Origin: Ascidiella aspersa
Lineage: Eukaryota
Length of the DNA: 64,000 nt
Assembly (NCBI GenBank): GCA_963924565.1
Contig: OZ004610.1
Coordinates: 496,001-560,000 of the forward strand
Reading direction: 5' to 3'
Every line of letters begins with the position of its first letter. The stretch's first letter is position 1. The notes below the pieces were generated by a model. That model did not search any database, was not told where the DNA came from, and saw nothing but the letters and a program-made list of their open reading frames with translations. Position numbers and translations under genes: made by a program. Shown one piece after another: positions 1 through 12,006 of the stretch.

Positions 1-410
1 TTGCCTTGTAAAATGCTTTACAAAAATCGTTCAACTATCAAATTTTAAATACTGGTTTAAATAAATGGGAAAGAAATATCTTGACTAAAATCCTTTTTAA
101 TAATATTAGATGTATTAAGAATAAATACAGAACGAGCAAACATGGGCTTTGATAAACTTTAACCTCCAACCATTATGCTCTGAATTATTTTTTTATTAAA
201 ATTGCATTTTGCTGGTGGTTCAATCTTGAAACCATCTATGTACACAAAAGTTGGGATCGGCGAGTTTTAAAGTCACACTTAACAAAAATATTCGTAAATA
301 ACAAAAAACAATATCTAACAATGGCAATAGCAAACAAAAATAAGCCAGCCTTTAATAATACTGCAACCAAGGTTATATGTTGTTAATTATTTTACCAAAT
401 ATTCACTCAC

Positions 411-2110
411 TTGAGTTAGGGTTGCTTGGTGTGGGTTCAAAGTTTTGTAATGTTTCTATGCTGGAGGCGGAATGGATCCGCTTTCGACAACTTCTTTGGC
501 GAGGTGATGCTGGGAAGTAATAACAAGATGAAAATTCTATAAAAATGCTGAAAGTTGTTCCAACAATGTTTGTTTCTTACCTGTTTTGGTCGAACTTCCA
601 ACATGCTTATGATTCTTTTGGCTTATAAGTGCCTAGAAAACAAATCAGTTAAACTAAAAATAAGTTCTTGTGCTATATATTCGTTTGTCACACGTTTACT
701 GAAAACCTTCATCAGGGAATGAAACACATGGCCAACAAGTTAAATGACACGCACAAAATAAAATGAAATCAATTATATAAACTTTTTTTTTTCTTTTGTT
801 TAAAACATTTAAACAGTTGACAAAAGCCAATTGGGGTTTTAAAATTATATGAATTCGTTCACATGCAATGTGGTAATTTGGGAACCAACTAAGTTTGAAA
901 TATATAAATATTAAATCTAAAGTATAGATAACAGACTAACCTAGGGTAATTGAAATGTTTCCTAATTAATGCACTAGACTTCAATTCATAATTTTCTAAT
1001 CCAAAAACAGTCAAATATTCTGCAATGTTTAACATGATGTCATGTGCTTTTTATTCCTATTAATATATACCCTCTTAAGTTCTTGGGGACTTTAAATAGG
1101 CCAAATACTGCAAGTTTAGACAATGTGGCTTTTGAGATATAGTATCTCAAGTACTGAGATAGAAAAAAGTTAACCATAAATTACTTTAAGTGAATCAAGA
1201 AAGCATAGACTTCATGGCTTTTGATTTGCTTCCAAGACACAGATTGAAACATGAGCAAGTTTTCCAACTCTTAAACTCAGGGATTTAAACATTTTCCTAA
1301 TCCTTGGTTTAACTGGCCTCTGCGAGTTTTAAGTGGGTTGTAATAAATGTTGCCTTAATAACTGTATCAATGTTGTTTATGATAACAGAGCATCTTATCC
1401 ACCAGTACTAGTAAAGTGAGGTGTAAGACAGGGTTCATAATCGTGGTCCTACGCAGCCCTGTGGCCATCAGTCTTTGGAAAGCACTAGTAAATAATAAAT
1501 CAATTATTTGTCAATTGAACTCAAAGTTGTATGACTTCAGGGACTTTTCATATGACGTTCCATTGTACCCAATTTTCTGATTACTTGACCCACACGAACC
1601 CAAACTCACACTCTAACACAAAAAATGTCAGCACCCTGAAGATAATGCTGTATGATTCTGGACCAGTGACAAGCCTTCCCTTATAAATCATGTTTCACAA
1701 ATCGTTGAGAACCCATAGAAAGCTGACAATCATTCCAGATTTTAAGTTTGGCCGGGACTCATCCCAAACCATTAAACAGCAATGTATTTTATATTAAAAA
1801 AGCGGCAAACCTGCTTGAAAAGCGTCATTCCTTCCACTGCATCCAAAACATCTCGCTCAGACTTTTCAACGACAGAGTTAAAGTTACAATGATTGCTCTG
1901 TGCTGCAGCAAGTGGTGACTTTTTACACTCATTGTTATTTATTTCCTCGCCCGAACTACTTCCACAAACCGAAGACATCGTTTCTTCAGAAAGATTTCCA
2001 TTCTTCTTCTCGCTTTGAATAAAACTCAATCTTCGTGATTTGAATAGAATGTCTTTTCTTGAAATGTTAAATGACATTAGTTCTAATATGACACACAAAC
2101 TACAAAGCAC
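411..2110 (-). pseudogene. Degenerate or unidentified spliced coding region, probably continuing beyond the left edge
   Basis: Exon-like blocks with AG/GT ends at 581-632 and 411-509 splice in frame (ALISQKNHKHVGSSTKT/ASPRQRSCRKRIHS...). There is a further block at 1071-1153 and an ORF at 1772-2110. Frames over 1190-1770 contain several stops, and no family is recognised. Confidence 0.3.
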
Positions 2111-2543
2111 ACATCATTCTATGCTGCTCAGATTTTATAAACAAAAATTTTTATATCAAAAATATTTGCAATCTTGTCTGGAATGTAATGTGTACATGAT
2201 ACTTGTTATCTTTTTTTTACATGATACTTGTTAACTTGGTTTAGGCAACAGAGCTGGTACCGTTAGTTGGGTAGCAATGTTAAACAATTATATTTTAAGT
2301 GTTTAGCAAATTTTAGTTGTTTTATTTTAAAACATAATTTTTCCATTAACAGTACAATCGGTCCATCATACCTGATATATAACTATACAAACCAATACAG
2401 CAATCAATCAATAATAATACACGATTTAGATTTGAAATACCATCTCTACTGTAGCTTATTATCGAACTTAGAGAACTTTAATTTTTGTGCTATATACTAA
2501 ATTTCAGCCTGGTTAATGTTAGTACACTTATGCAACAAAACCG

Positions 2544-2746
2544 GGCGCTGGTCTAGAATCCTACCACAACGTTGAAATAATTATTAAGCAATGCATATTA
2601 TGTGGGTTAGGGTGTCGGTTAGTGTTTGGGTGTGGGTAGGTTAAGTAATATTGTTTAACACTGTTACTGGACTCACCCAAACCCAAACGCTAACCGGCAC
2701 CCTAACCCAAATAATGTTCGTTGTGGTAGGATTCTAGACGAGCGCC
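2544..2746. mobile_element. Fold-back MITE, 203 bp, with 8-bp TSD (Merlin-like termini)
   Basis: TIR GGCGCTGGTCTAGAATCCTACCACAACG / CGTTGTGGTAGGATTCTAGACGAGCGCC. The interior is also largely self-complementary. Perfect TSD CAAAACCG at 2536-2543 and 2747-2754. Confidence 0.85.
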
Positions 2747-3544
2747 CAAAACCGTGTATATGAAGAGGAACAAGACTAGCTGCTGAAGTTTGTAAAATAC
2801 ATTTATATCAGGTAACGGCGACTTACACATAAAACTACAATTACTAAAATACGTCACGCAAATCATAGTTATTTTTAGTGTTGTTATAAAACCAGCGGTT
2901 ACGAAATTGGTATTTTGTATAGACGTAATATTATCAGTATAAATTAGTTGGTCAGTTTAAATAAAGTTTGGAAAGTAACTTAGTTTACTTGTATTTTGTG
3001 ATTTAATAATTTCGTTCTTATCCAAAAACTCGTCACGAATTATTGAAGCACTTTAACACCTAAATTACCGCAGGTGCGCCGCGCTCTGATTGGTCAATTT
3101 CAAGTTCGCCTCGATCAAATTTCTATTAATTCGAACCTTTTTAGATTTTTCTTTGATATAAATTTCCTGACTGATAACAACTCAAATATATGCGACTTAC
3201 ATTTGTCTTGAATGGCAGAAAACGACATTTTGGCGATGTACATTTATTAGAAATATGCTAAGTTACAATACAAGTACAGATATGTTTTTATTTTTTACAG
3301 CGCTGTTTTTATTATTGAAATCACGGATTTCTTTTAAACAAATTAAAAATAGAAAACAACGTAAAACATTGGTTTATTCCAAAGCATATAGTTCATAACA
3401 ATAACATTTTATTCTTAGATTTCACGAAATTGATTTTCAAAACAAAAGAGGAGTAGCTCATTTTCCCAAACTCTTTTCGTCCACAGTTCAACTTTCTCGA
3501 CGCCACACTCAGCAATCAGGATATTTTTAAAAAATGTTGAAATG

Positions 3545-5136
3545 CTAAGGACCGGCGGCATCAGCAATTGGGTTGGCGTGTATCGTGACTCTTTGTAGAT
3601 GGACGTCATTTAGTGGTCGGTAATTCTTCTCATTTACAGGAAGTTTTTCTAATTCATCCAGGATATCTAAACCATCTATCACCCTGTTTAAAAAATGCAA
3701 AAATTCAATTTTTTGTCACACCAAAAAAAATTTTTGTCAATATTAACAAGAAAGTGGAATTGAAAATCAGATGTATTTTTTAAATATATTTTTAGATTCA
3801 AAGTGTATACTATTTAATATCAGTGCGAAAGTTAATTTGCAATTGCCAATTTTACAATGTCCACTAAGGTTTTGTAATATTTATATTTTTTTTGTACGAT
3901 ACAACTTTATCTTGTAAACAAAATACAAACCTTCCAAATATGGTGTACTTCATATCAATGTGGGGTTGTTTCGCGTAAGTTATGAAGAACTGCGATGCAT
4001 TTGTGTTAGGTCCACTGTTAGCCATTGAAACAACTCCTCTGGCATTATGCTGTGAATTAAATATTTTTCGAATTTTTAAAGTCATAAATTAGCTCAACAT
4101 AACACTAAAATGCGGCTTCTAAATAATCTTATTTTTATCAAATTGCAACACTGTTAGCCTTCGCTATGGTTGAATGGTAGCGTTATTGTTGGTCACAATG
4201 GCCAGTATGACTTTCAAAGGGTTATATCGCAGCTGTACAACTTGCGTATAAATGTATTAAACGAAAAAACTTGTTAAATAGAGTCAGCATCAAATTACTA
4301 AATTTTTCAAACTGAAACCTATTACCATGTATGTTAGAGATATTTTTTAGTTTGGTTAGATAAGCTAAATAAAAAAGTGTAAAACAGTAACTGCAAAAAT
4401 ATGTTGTAATTAAACTAAAAATAAAACTTTTATAACCTAGCACATTAAAGTGTTGGGATAAGTACAAAAGGGTAAATTAAACTTTAACTTACTTTAAGCG
4501 AACTAAGCAAGCATATTAAAAATATTAAACATCATTAAATATAAGAATATCTGCAATATACACAAATAAATAAAGCTTACTTTAAGTGAATCAACAATTT
4601 CATCATCGAATGGTTTCCCCCAAATACTTTTTCCTTGCTTTCCAGTACCTGAAGGATCCCCAGTTTGAACCATAAAGCCTTTGATGTTTCTGTAAATTAA
4701 ATGCAAATTCCTTAAAGCATACTTGAAGATAACACAACAAAGAATGGACATTGTTTTCACTTGTGAAATAAACAAAATTTGACATCCATAAAATTACTAT
4801 TAATTTTAACAACTTTTTTCAATTCAAACCTAATAAATGAGGTACTTCAATTGCGTGCGTTTGGTATTTGGGGTTTGCTAGAAATTTGCCACGCCAAATA
4901 CATTTTTCCAACTCGTAATTTGAGGCAGTTTTGTCAAAAATAACAATAATACATTTTCAGTTAACCTGTATTGAGCTTATTTGTAGAGCAGCAAAATGTT
5001 TATACCTGTGAAATATATTGTTGTTGTAATATCCACTTGCACAGAGTGCCAGAAAGTTTTCAGCAGTTTTTGGAGTCAGTTCGCAATGAAGTTCAATCTT
5101 AATATCACCAACATCAGTGTGAAGTGTTACAGCCAT
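3545..5136 (-). CDS. PPIL3: Peptidyl-prolyl cis-trans isomerase-like 3 (cyclophilin), 4 exons, about 165 aa
   Basis: Exons 5136-5006, 4689-4581, 4049-3931 and 3683-3545, all GT-AG and phase-consistent. Protein: [37 protein letters not shown]...[19 protein letters not shown]...[18 protein letters not shown]...[13 protein letters not shown]. Confidence 0.95.
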
Positions 5137-5967
5137 GGAATGTTTTCAGTAATCAAAGTAAATTGCAAACTAAACAAACTATTATAAACAAGTGGGTTGT
5201 AAATTGAACTGGTCTAATTAGTTCAAGTTGTATGAAACAACCCGACTATCATACAAAAACAAAAGGAATGTATTTTAACAGATTAAAAAGTTTGGCCTAC
5301 ACATCCCATACTCCATTTAGATGCAAATTTTCGAAACAAAGGTATTCATAAAAAAGGTTGCCTATTCAATTATTATAGCTATATAATATAATCCATAGAC
5401 AACATTCCACATGGTAAAGTCCTAACCTGAGCGATTCATACACATGTCACTATCAGTTGCCAAGGAAAATAGAACAACCCGGGTTTAGTGGTCGGTAAAA
5501 ATAAGTTTAAATTTTATAGATACCTGTTTAAAAAAGGAATCATCTAGAAGCTGAAAACTTGCTGGTTTTATGTGATTAACCCAAGTTATTTTTTACGTAT
5601 TGAAAATAAGGAACGGTAAACACAGAATATACAAAATTAACAACGAATAACAGAATCAATGCAAATGTTGATTTCAGTGTATGTTTCATAATTAACCGGC
5701 AAGTAAGTCAGATTTCGCGCCAAATGAGTTTACAACAAAATATATTATGACGAAATAAAGGTTTTAGTTTTCTTATAGAGACTTGTTACTGTAGTTCTTT
5801 ATTTTTCAAGTCTAACGTTTGGACCGTTTAGGATAGTATTAAGAAAAACAAATCCGCCGAATTGGATTCCTTTTTGCAAGGTGAAAGGATTAGAAACAGC
5901 TGATTAGTTTGATTTTTGCTTGGAAGTCAATCTGCTGGATTTTCACCGACCTAAATCTAGAATCAAG

Positions 5968-8900
5968 ATGGATATAAGTAAAAACAACACAAGGTATGTA
6001 AGTTGCATGTGTTTGCTGTCACTTTGGTTAATATCCTATCCCACTTCAAATTAAAAAAGCCTTACAAAAATATAATCTATATTAATGTGATGCTAAAACC
6101 GCAATTTTGTTGACGATCTGTGCCACATTAAACCTGCCATCTTTAAAAATTACTAAATGTGCACATTTTTGTAAAACTTTAGTATTTAAACCGCTGTTTG
6201 TCATTGTTTCTTTCAAAAGTATTGGGTATTTATTTGAGGGGAAGCATTAATATTTTTTAGATATGACAAGTTATGGCTTAATTTTTCGCCACAGTTAATA
6301 TATCTTGGAAATATATTAGTATTTAAGAACAGTAAAGCTACGAGTGTTAACACATTGACAACGTTAAATAATTACATAGCGCATTTAGGATAATAAAGAT
6401 TCCGTAAACATGGGCAACAGTTATAAAAATTGAAAAAAAAATCGCACCAAGTGTTTAGAACTTCGATAGTTAAACTTAGTAAAAAATGTCTTGGAGTGAC
6501 GAAGTCGGTTAATTGGCCAAGTCGGACTCGGGACTCGAGTACAAAACGACTGTAAAAATTCCCAAGTTCGACGTGCACATGCGCAGTAGCACATTCGGTG
6601 AGGCCGCAAACTAAATCGTATATTTTCCAACAATCTATTGAGGATGGGTGAGTTGTATGATAACCCTATAAGTGGAAACGTAATGTTAATTCGGGACCGG
6701 ACTTGAGTCATTATTTAGAGCGGAGTCGAACTTGAGCTATTGAGTTGTGGTTCAGGATTTAGGTTTAAGAACATAACTATATTTCGTTAGGATGGCCGCC
6801 CATGACTCTATGCACGTTCGCTTTATCTGACAAACCAATTCATCTTTTATTCCCCTCTTTTTGTGCCTATTTCTTGGGTACTCTCTTCGATAGAGACCGC
6901 CCTGTTTATCAGCCAGGCCATGACAAAGTCCTCTAGTATTTTCGCTTCCCTTATATTCTGCGACCTTCTGTGATTGAATAAACTAAATAAGCGAACCGTA
7001 TAGAAAGTAGTCGGCGTAACCTTCATATGACCTTCATCCGTCTCACTGCTGATATTCAAGCGAGCGCGAATTCCAAGAAGCCGTCAGTGTTTGTCTCTTA
7101 GCGATATCTGTGGTTAACCCCGACGCGTATTGTGTGAGTCGCGTGATAAACTAACTTTGCCACCACACTTTTGTTTCGAGCATTGACTTAATTGGTTGCT
7201 GTGTTCGAATGTATGCAGTTACGAACGTGTTGTAATATTATGTGCTGTCCAAAACTAAATTGTATTGAATAGGTTATTATTAAAACCTAAAGCTGTAACG
7301 CGCAAGGTGTTTTTGGTTGACCAAGAAAGTTTTGTGAGACTTTGTTTAATCGTACCCTCACTTGTATGTGTTTATTAGCCAACGATAAGGCACTACAAAA
7401 GATGTAGATGAAGGTTTTCGCATGCTTTGCCGCAACAGCCTTGCTCCAAAAACGACCTTAAATCCATACAAGACGAGCCATACTTAAAGCCATACAAGAC
7501 GACCTTAAACACGAATAAAGAGAGATATCATACGGAAACAACAGTAATAGTCAGCAGCGTTTAAATAGGGTTGGTTTAGCGACGATATTTGAAGTTTGAA
7601 AATCAGTAAAACAACTCAAAGGTTGCTTGATCGATTCGTTCCGCACGACCGCACACGCACACTGCATTGTTTTTGCGACAAACCGAAATACGCAGGAAAG
7701 ACGCTTTATTCAGTAGGAACTGCGCTTGAGTGAGACGCCATTAAGTGGGAGGTGCTTTGCAAAGCAGAAGCTCTTATTGTTTGTGGGTAGCTTTGCAAAC
7801 ACAGCACTTATTCAACTGGGGGCTTAGGTTAAGTTGATTCACATTGCGATATTTTTAAAAGTGTAAAACTATGAACGTGTTAATCTTAAGTGATTTATAA
7901 GTAAATTTGCAAACTGGAGATAAAGTTGGGCTTAGAAAGAAAAATATTTTTTACTGTTTACAGGTCTGTATATGTTAATGTTTAATTATGAAGTATCAGT
8001 GTTTTTCTTTGTTTAATGTTATATTTGTTAAAAACAAACTTTAATTTAGTGATACAGTTTAGTGCTTATTTTTAAAAGAAATATATCTATGGAAACTGTA
8101 AAACTAGTTGTGAAGATATTCCATCGTAATTCGCCTTCAGCTTGCAGCCAGAGTGGAAGAATCTCACACTTTTTAAAGAACTCGTCGACAGTCGAGTTGA
8201 ACCTTCCCTCTTCTGACACATTCGACAGCGTGCTACTTGCCACTGTCAAAGCGTGTAACATCCTTCCTCTATACCTGCCTTTGTTTGCACTAAAAGATTG
8301 CCGGAACAACCACTGGGTGAGGCTAAGCGCAAGGGTTGGCTCGTACCAGTTTTCACCGGACAACCAAGAGTCAAACTCCGCTTCCAATAACAACTCTCCT
8401 CCACCACATTTAGAGCTTAGAATCCGTTACACAATCCAGCTTGAATGTCAACTCCATGGCGTGGTTCAACAAGCCAGAAGATACTCATTGACTGAGAATG
8501 GCTTCAAGGATGTGATTAATGGCACTGTGCTTCAATATTTGTTTCTGCAGCGACGGGAGGATTTTCTTCTCGATAAACTCCCAGTTGACAAATCTATAAC
8601 CGATCCTTTAAGTTCAACACTTGGCGTTGCAGTGTTGGACATGTTAAGGTTGGCTTGCGAGTTGGATGTTGATGTCAATGAAATTCGCAACTCAGTCAAC
8701 TATAAAAAGTTGCTGCCTCCTTTAAGCCAAAGCGAAATATGTGAAATGCATTTTTTCAATCGAATGAGAACAACCATCATGTTTGGAAGGTACCTGAGGC
8801 ATTTTAGAACCAGGTGTTCTGGTTATGTGGTCTCATTTTTCCATTCAAAGTATTTGCAGAACCTTGAACTGGTTGTCGGATATAAGAACCAGGAAAGTTA

Positions 8901-11900
8901 CCCACTTCTTTATAATGATGACTTTCCTGATGATTGCAGAAAGATCACAGTTGATTCTGAGTTGGGAATTATAAAGCACACACGTGAGGATCCAGCCGGG
9001 GAAGTTTGGTGCGATTTCCAACAAATCACAGACCTCAGTCTGCAAGTTCGTAATGATGCAAAATCAGAATCGACCATGTACATTGTCAGTATAAGCCAAT
9101 TGGACGGGAAGTGCTTAAGTCTTTTTCTACCTTCAATCCACGAGGCAGAAAACCTAACGTCTTGCATTGATGGATACTACCGCCTACTCGCTGATGCCCA
9201 CCATTATTTGTGCAAGGAAATAGCATCACCCACTCTAGTTGAGCAGCTATCTCTGTTGTGCCATGGTCCAGTCTCTTGTTTATTCGCTGAGCATATTTTA
9301 AAGTCTATTCCGCACCCGAATATAGGTGATTGCTTGTTGCGATGTAGTCTGGATTCATACGACGAATACTTCATCAACACAATACAAAGTGTTCATCCGG
9401 AAATTATAACCAAGAACTACAAGATCGATAAAATCGGTGGACTGCTTGGGATGTACGGAGACGAAGCTTCTCACGTCCACCAAAGCCTTCGTTCTTTGTT
9501 GGAGGGATGTGTAGGTGGATTGCACCAAGGAAGGCCCATACCTTTCAACATTAACCATCTTGTGAGCCCAAAGATTAACCAGAAATGCAACCTCTTAATC
9601 AGGAGATGCTCAGATGCCGATTATCAAATACAGGGGAATGCTCTCGGATCCAGCTCAAGAATTGTGCTTTTAAAGCAGCAGGAATATCAGTTGGTTCAGA
9701 ACTTGGGTGGCGGCCGATTCACAAAGGCATTTCTGTATGCAAAAAAAGACAAGCCGGAATACCAGATTGTTGCAAAGAAAGTTCACGAACTGGAGCAACG
9801 ACATGATTTAGGACAGAAGCAGCATATTGATCAATCTTTTCAAGAATCAATAATGAGCTTTAACTGCTTGAAAACAGACCACATTGTATCTATTTTGGGC
9901 ACAATGCAGAACATGTTGGTCCTAGAATACGTTCCTTTGGGTTCTATCACATCATTTTTAAGCTCGAGGGAGGAGCAGCCAACAACTGAGTGGTTTTTGC
10001 ATGTTTTGTGGCAATTAACTCATGCTTGTACCTACTTAGAGGAAATGGATTGTCCTCATGGAAATATAAACGGCAAAAATGTGCTTTTGTGGCACGATCA
10101 ACCGAAACCAATGATTAAGCTGAGTGATCCTGGTGTTCGTACTTGTAGAAAGACCGAGAGGCAACGAATAATCACCGAACCTGTGTTGGGAGCTCCGTGG
10201 CTTGCATACGAGTTTTGTTCCATCATTCCTTCAGTGTCTCCCTGTGCTACAAAACCCACTGTTAACGGTGATAAGTGGAGTTTTGCTACGACAGTTTGTG
10301 AAATTTGCGACGGTGCTATCTACGGATCCTGGAACGCTTACAGTTTATCTGACGAACTTAAAATCGCTTATAGAAACGGCTCGGTTGTTCCGATACCAGA
10401 AATGCTAAATGCGCTCGGAGTTGGTGAAGTATGCACCTTGATAAGACAATGCTGGAGTACCTTTCCGCTAAAACGTCCGGCATTTAGACATGTTTTACGT
10501 GAGCTTCAAACAGTTTTGTCGAGTGACTACGTACTTCCACCAACGAGGCCAGCGAGGAGAATCAACCAAAGCGTTGAAGTACAAGAAACAAGCAGCCCAC
10601 AACTTAAGATTTACAAATGGGAGCATCTCACAAGAAGATGGCAGCTTGGGGAAGGACACTTTGGCCAAGTTGTCCTTTATCAATACGACCCTGATAAAAA
10701 TGGTCGCAGTGAACCTGTGGCTGTTAAAAGGCTGCGGCAAGATCACTCTCAAAATCTGGACGATATTAAAAAGGAGATTAAGGCCATGAGTCGCATTAAC
10801 GACAAGTATGTTGTGAAATTAAAAGGGATGACGTCGTGTAGAACCGGGATCGTCATGGAATACTTACCGTACCCCGGACTTGCCAAGTATTTGCAGAACA
10901 AGAAGCTTGAAGAGGTTCCAATCGTACAGCTGATCCCCTCGCTCCTTGTAATGTCGAGCCAGATTGCTCAAGGGATGATGGTTTTGCAGGAGCACCGACT
11001 AATACATCGAGACCTTGCCCTTCGCAACATCCTGCTTCACCAGAGAAGCGCAAATTCACCTCCTTTCATTAAAATATCTGACTTTGGCCTCTCACGGGTT
11101 TTGCAAGAGGAGCGTAGTTACTACGCAGGTGAGACATTGAATGTAAAATTTTGTTAAATTTAAGGATGTTGTCCCGAACCGTTTAGACTTGTTTAAGAAA
11201 AACAATTGTTTCTGCACCATTTTTTTTATTGGTTTCACATGCAGAAAATTATTTTTGTGTAAATAGAGCAAAGATAGAATCTTTAGTAATTCTAAATATT
11301 ATTTACAGCTTCGTGTACACCTTGTTGAAAAAACCATTGTAGTAGCAAAACAAATATATAGTACAAATAAAATGTAACTAAGTCATTCGCAGGTAGTTGA
11401 GTTATTAGAGCTATATTGTTAGGTAATTATAAAGAAATAACTACACAATTAAATAGTTTTATAATATAAAGTATGGAAAATAATAAAAATGATTTTCATA
11501 ATAACAAATAAGATAATTTCACCATTTATAACTTTGCATTTTTTTATTAATCAAAGTTCTAATAATCGTCTTTCTTTTAGTCAACTATTGTTGTATACCT
11601 TCTGTGTTTTTAAAAAAAAAGAAATATATAATGTTGTTTTTTAGGAAACCCTGAAAAGTTTCCAGCCCAATGGTACGCTCCTGAGAGCTTACGAGCAGGT
11701 AGGAGTGGCTCATTCTACTTCGAGTCGGATGTTTGGTCGTATGGAGTCACCATCTGGGAGATGTTTTCCTACGGAGCAAATCCCAAGTACGAGGCTCTTC
11801 CCAACATCACGATCGACGACCTACCCAGGTTTGTGAGGTTACTTCATGACGGTGAACGTCTGAAACAACCCACGCACTGCCCCAGCGATGTTTATGCTTT

Positions 11901-12006
11901 GATGGAACGCTGCTGGCAATTTGATCACCGACACAGAATAACCTTCCAGGATTTAAGGCGATGCTTTGATGGTTTAAGTGCTGATTGCGGCAGTGTAAAT
12001 CCATAA
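5968..12006 (+). CDS. JAK: Janus kinase (FERM, SH2-like, JH2 pseudokinase, JH1 tyrosine kinase)
   Basis: The main exon 8079-11128 (ATG also at 8089) is spliced via GT 11129 / AG 11644 to 11645-12006, giving ...RSYYAG-NPEKFPAQWYAPE...SDVWSYGVTIWEMFSYG. JH2 motifs HGNINGKN and KLSDPG; JH1 motifs GEGHFG, VAVK, HRDLALRN, DFG and the YY activation loop; FERM motif CIDGYYRL. A phase-compatible upstream micro-exon at 5968-5993 (MDISKNNT-R) is less certain. Confidence 0.93.
6521..6740 (+). mobile_element. Degenerate copy of the GAGTCGGACTCGGG MITE family
   Basis: GTCGGACTCGGGACTCGAGTA...CGACGTGCACATGCGCAGTA matches the intact element at 60311-60728. Termini are eroded. Confidence 0.65.

Noticed and set aside
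11129-11157. JAK ORF C-terminus ETLNVKFC* suggesting a truncated kinase
   Set aside because: This is read-through into an intron; splicing to 11645 restores subdomains VIII-XI.
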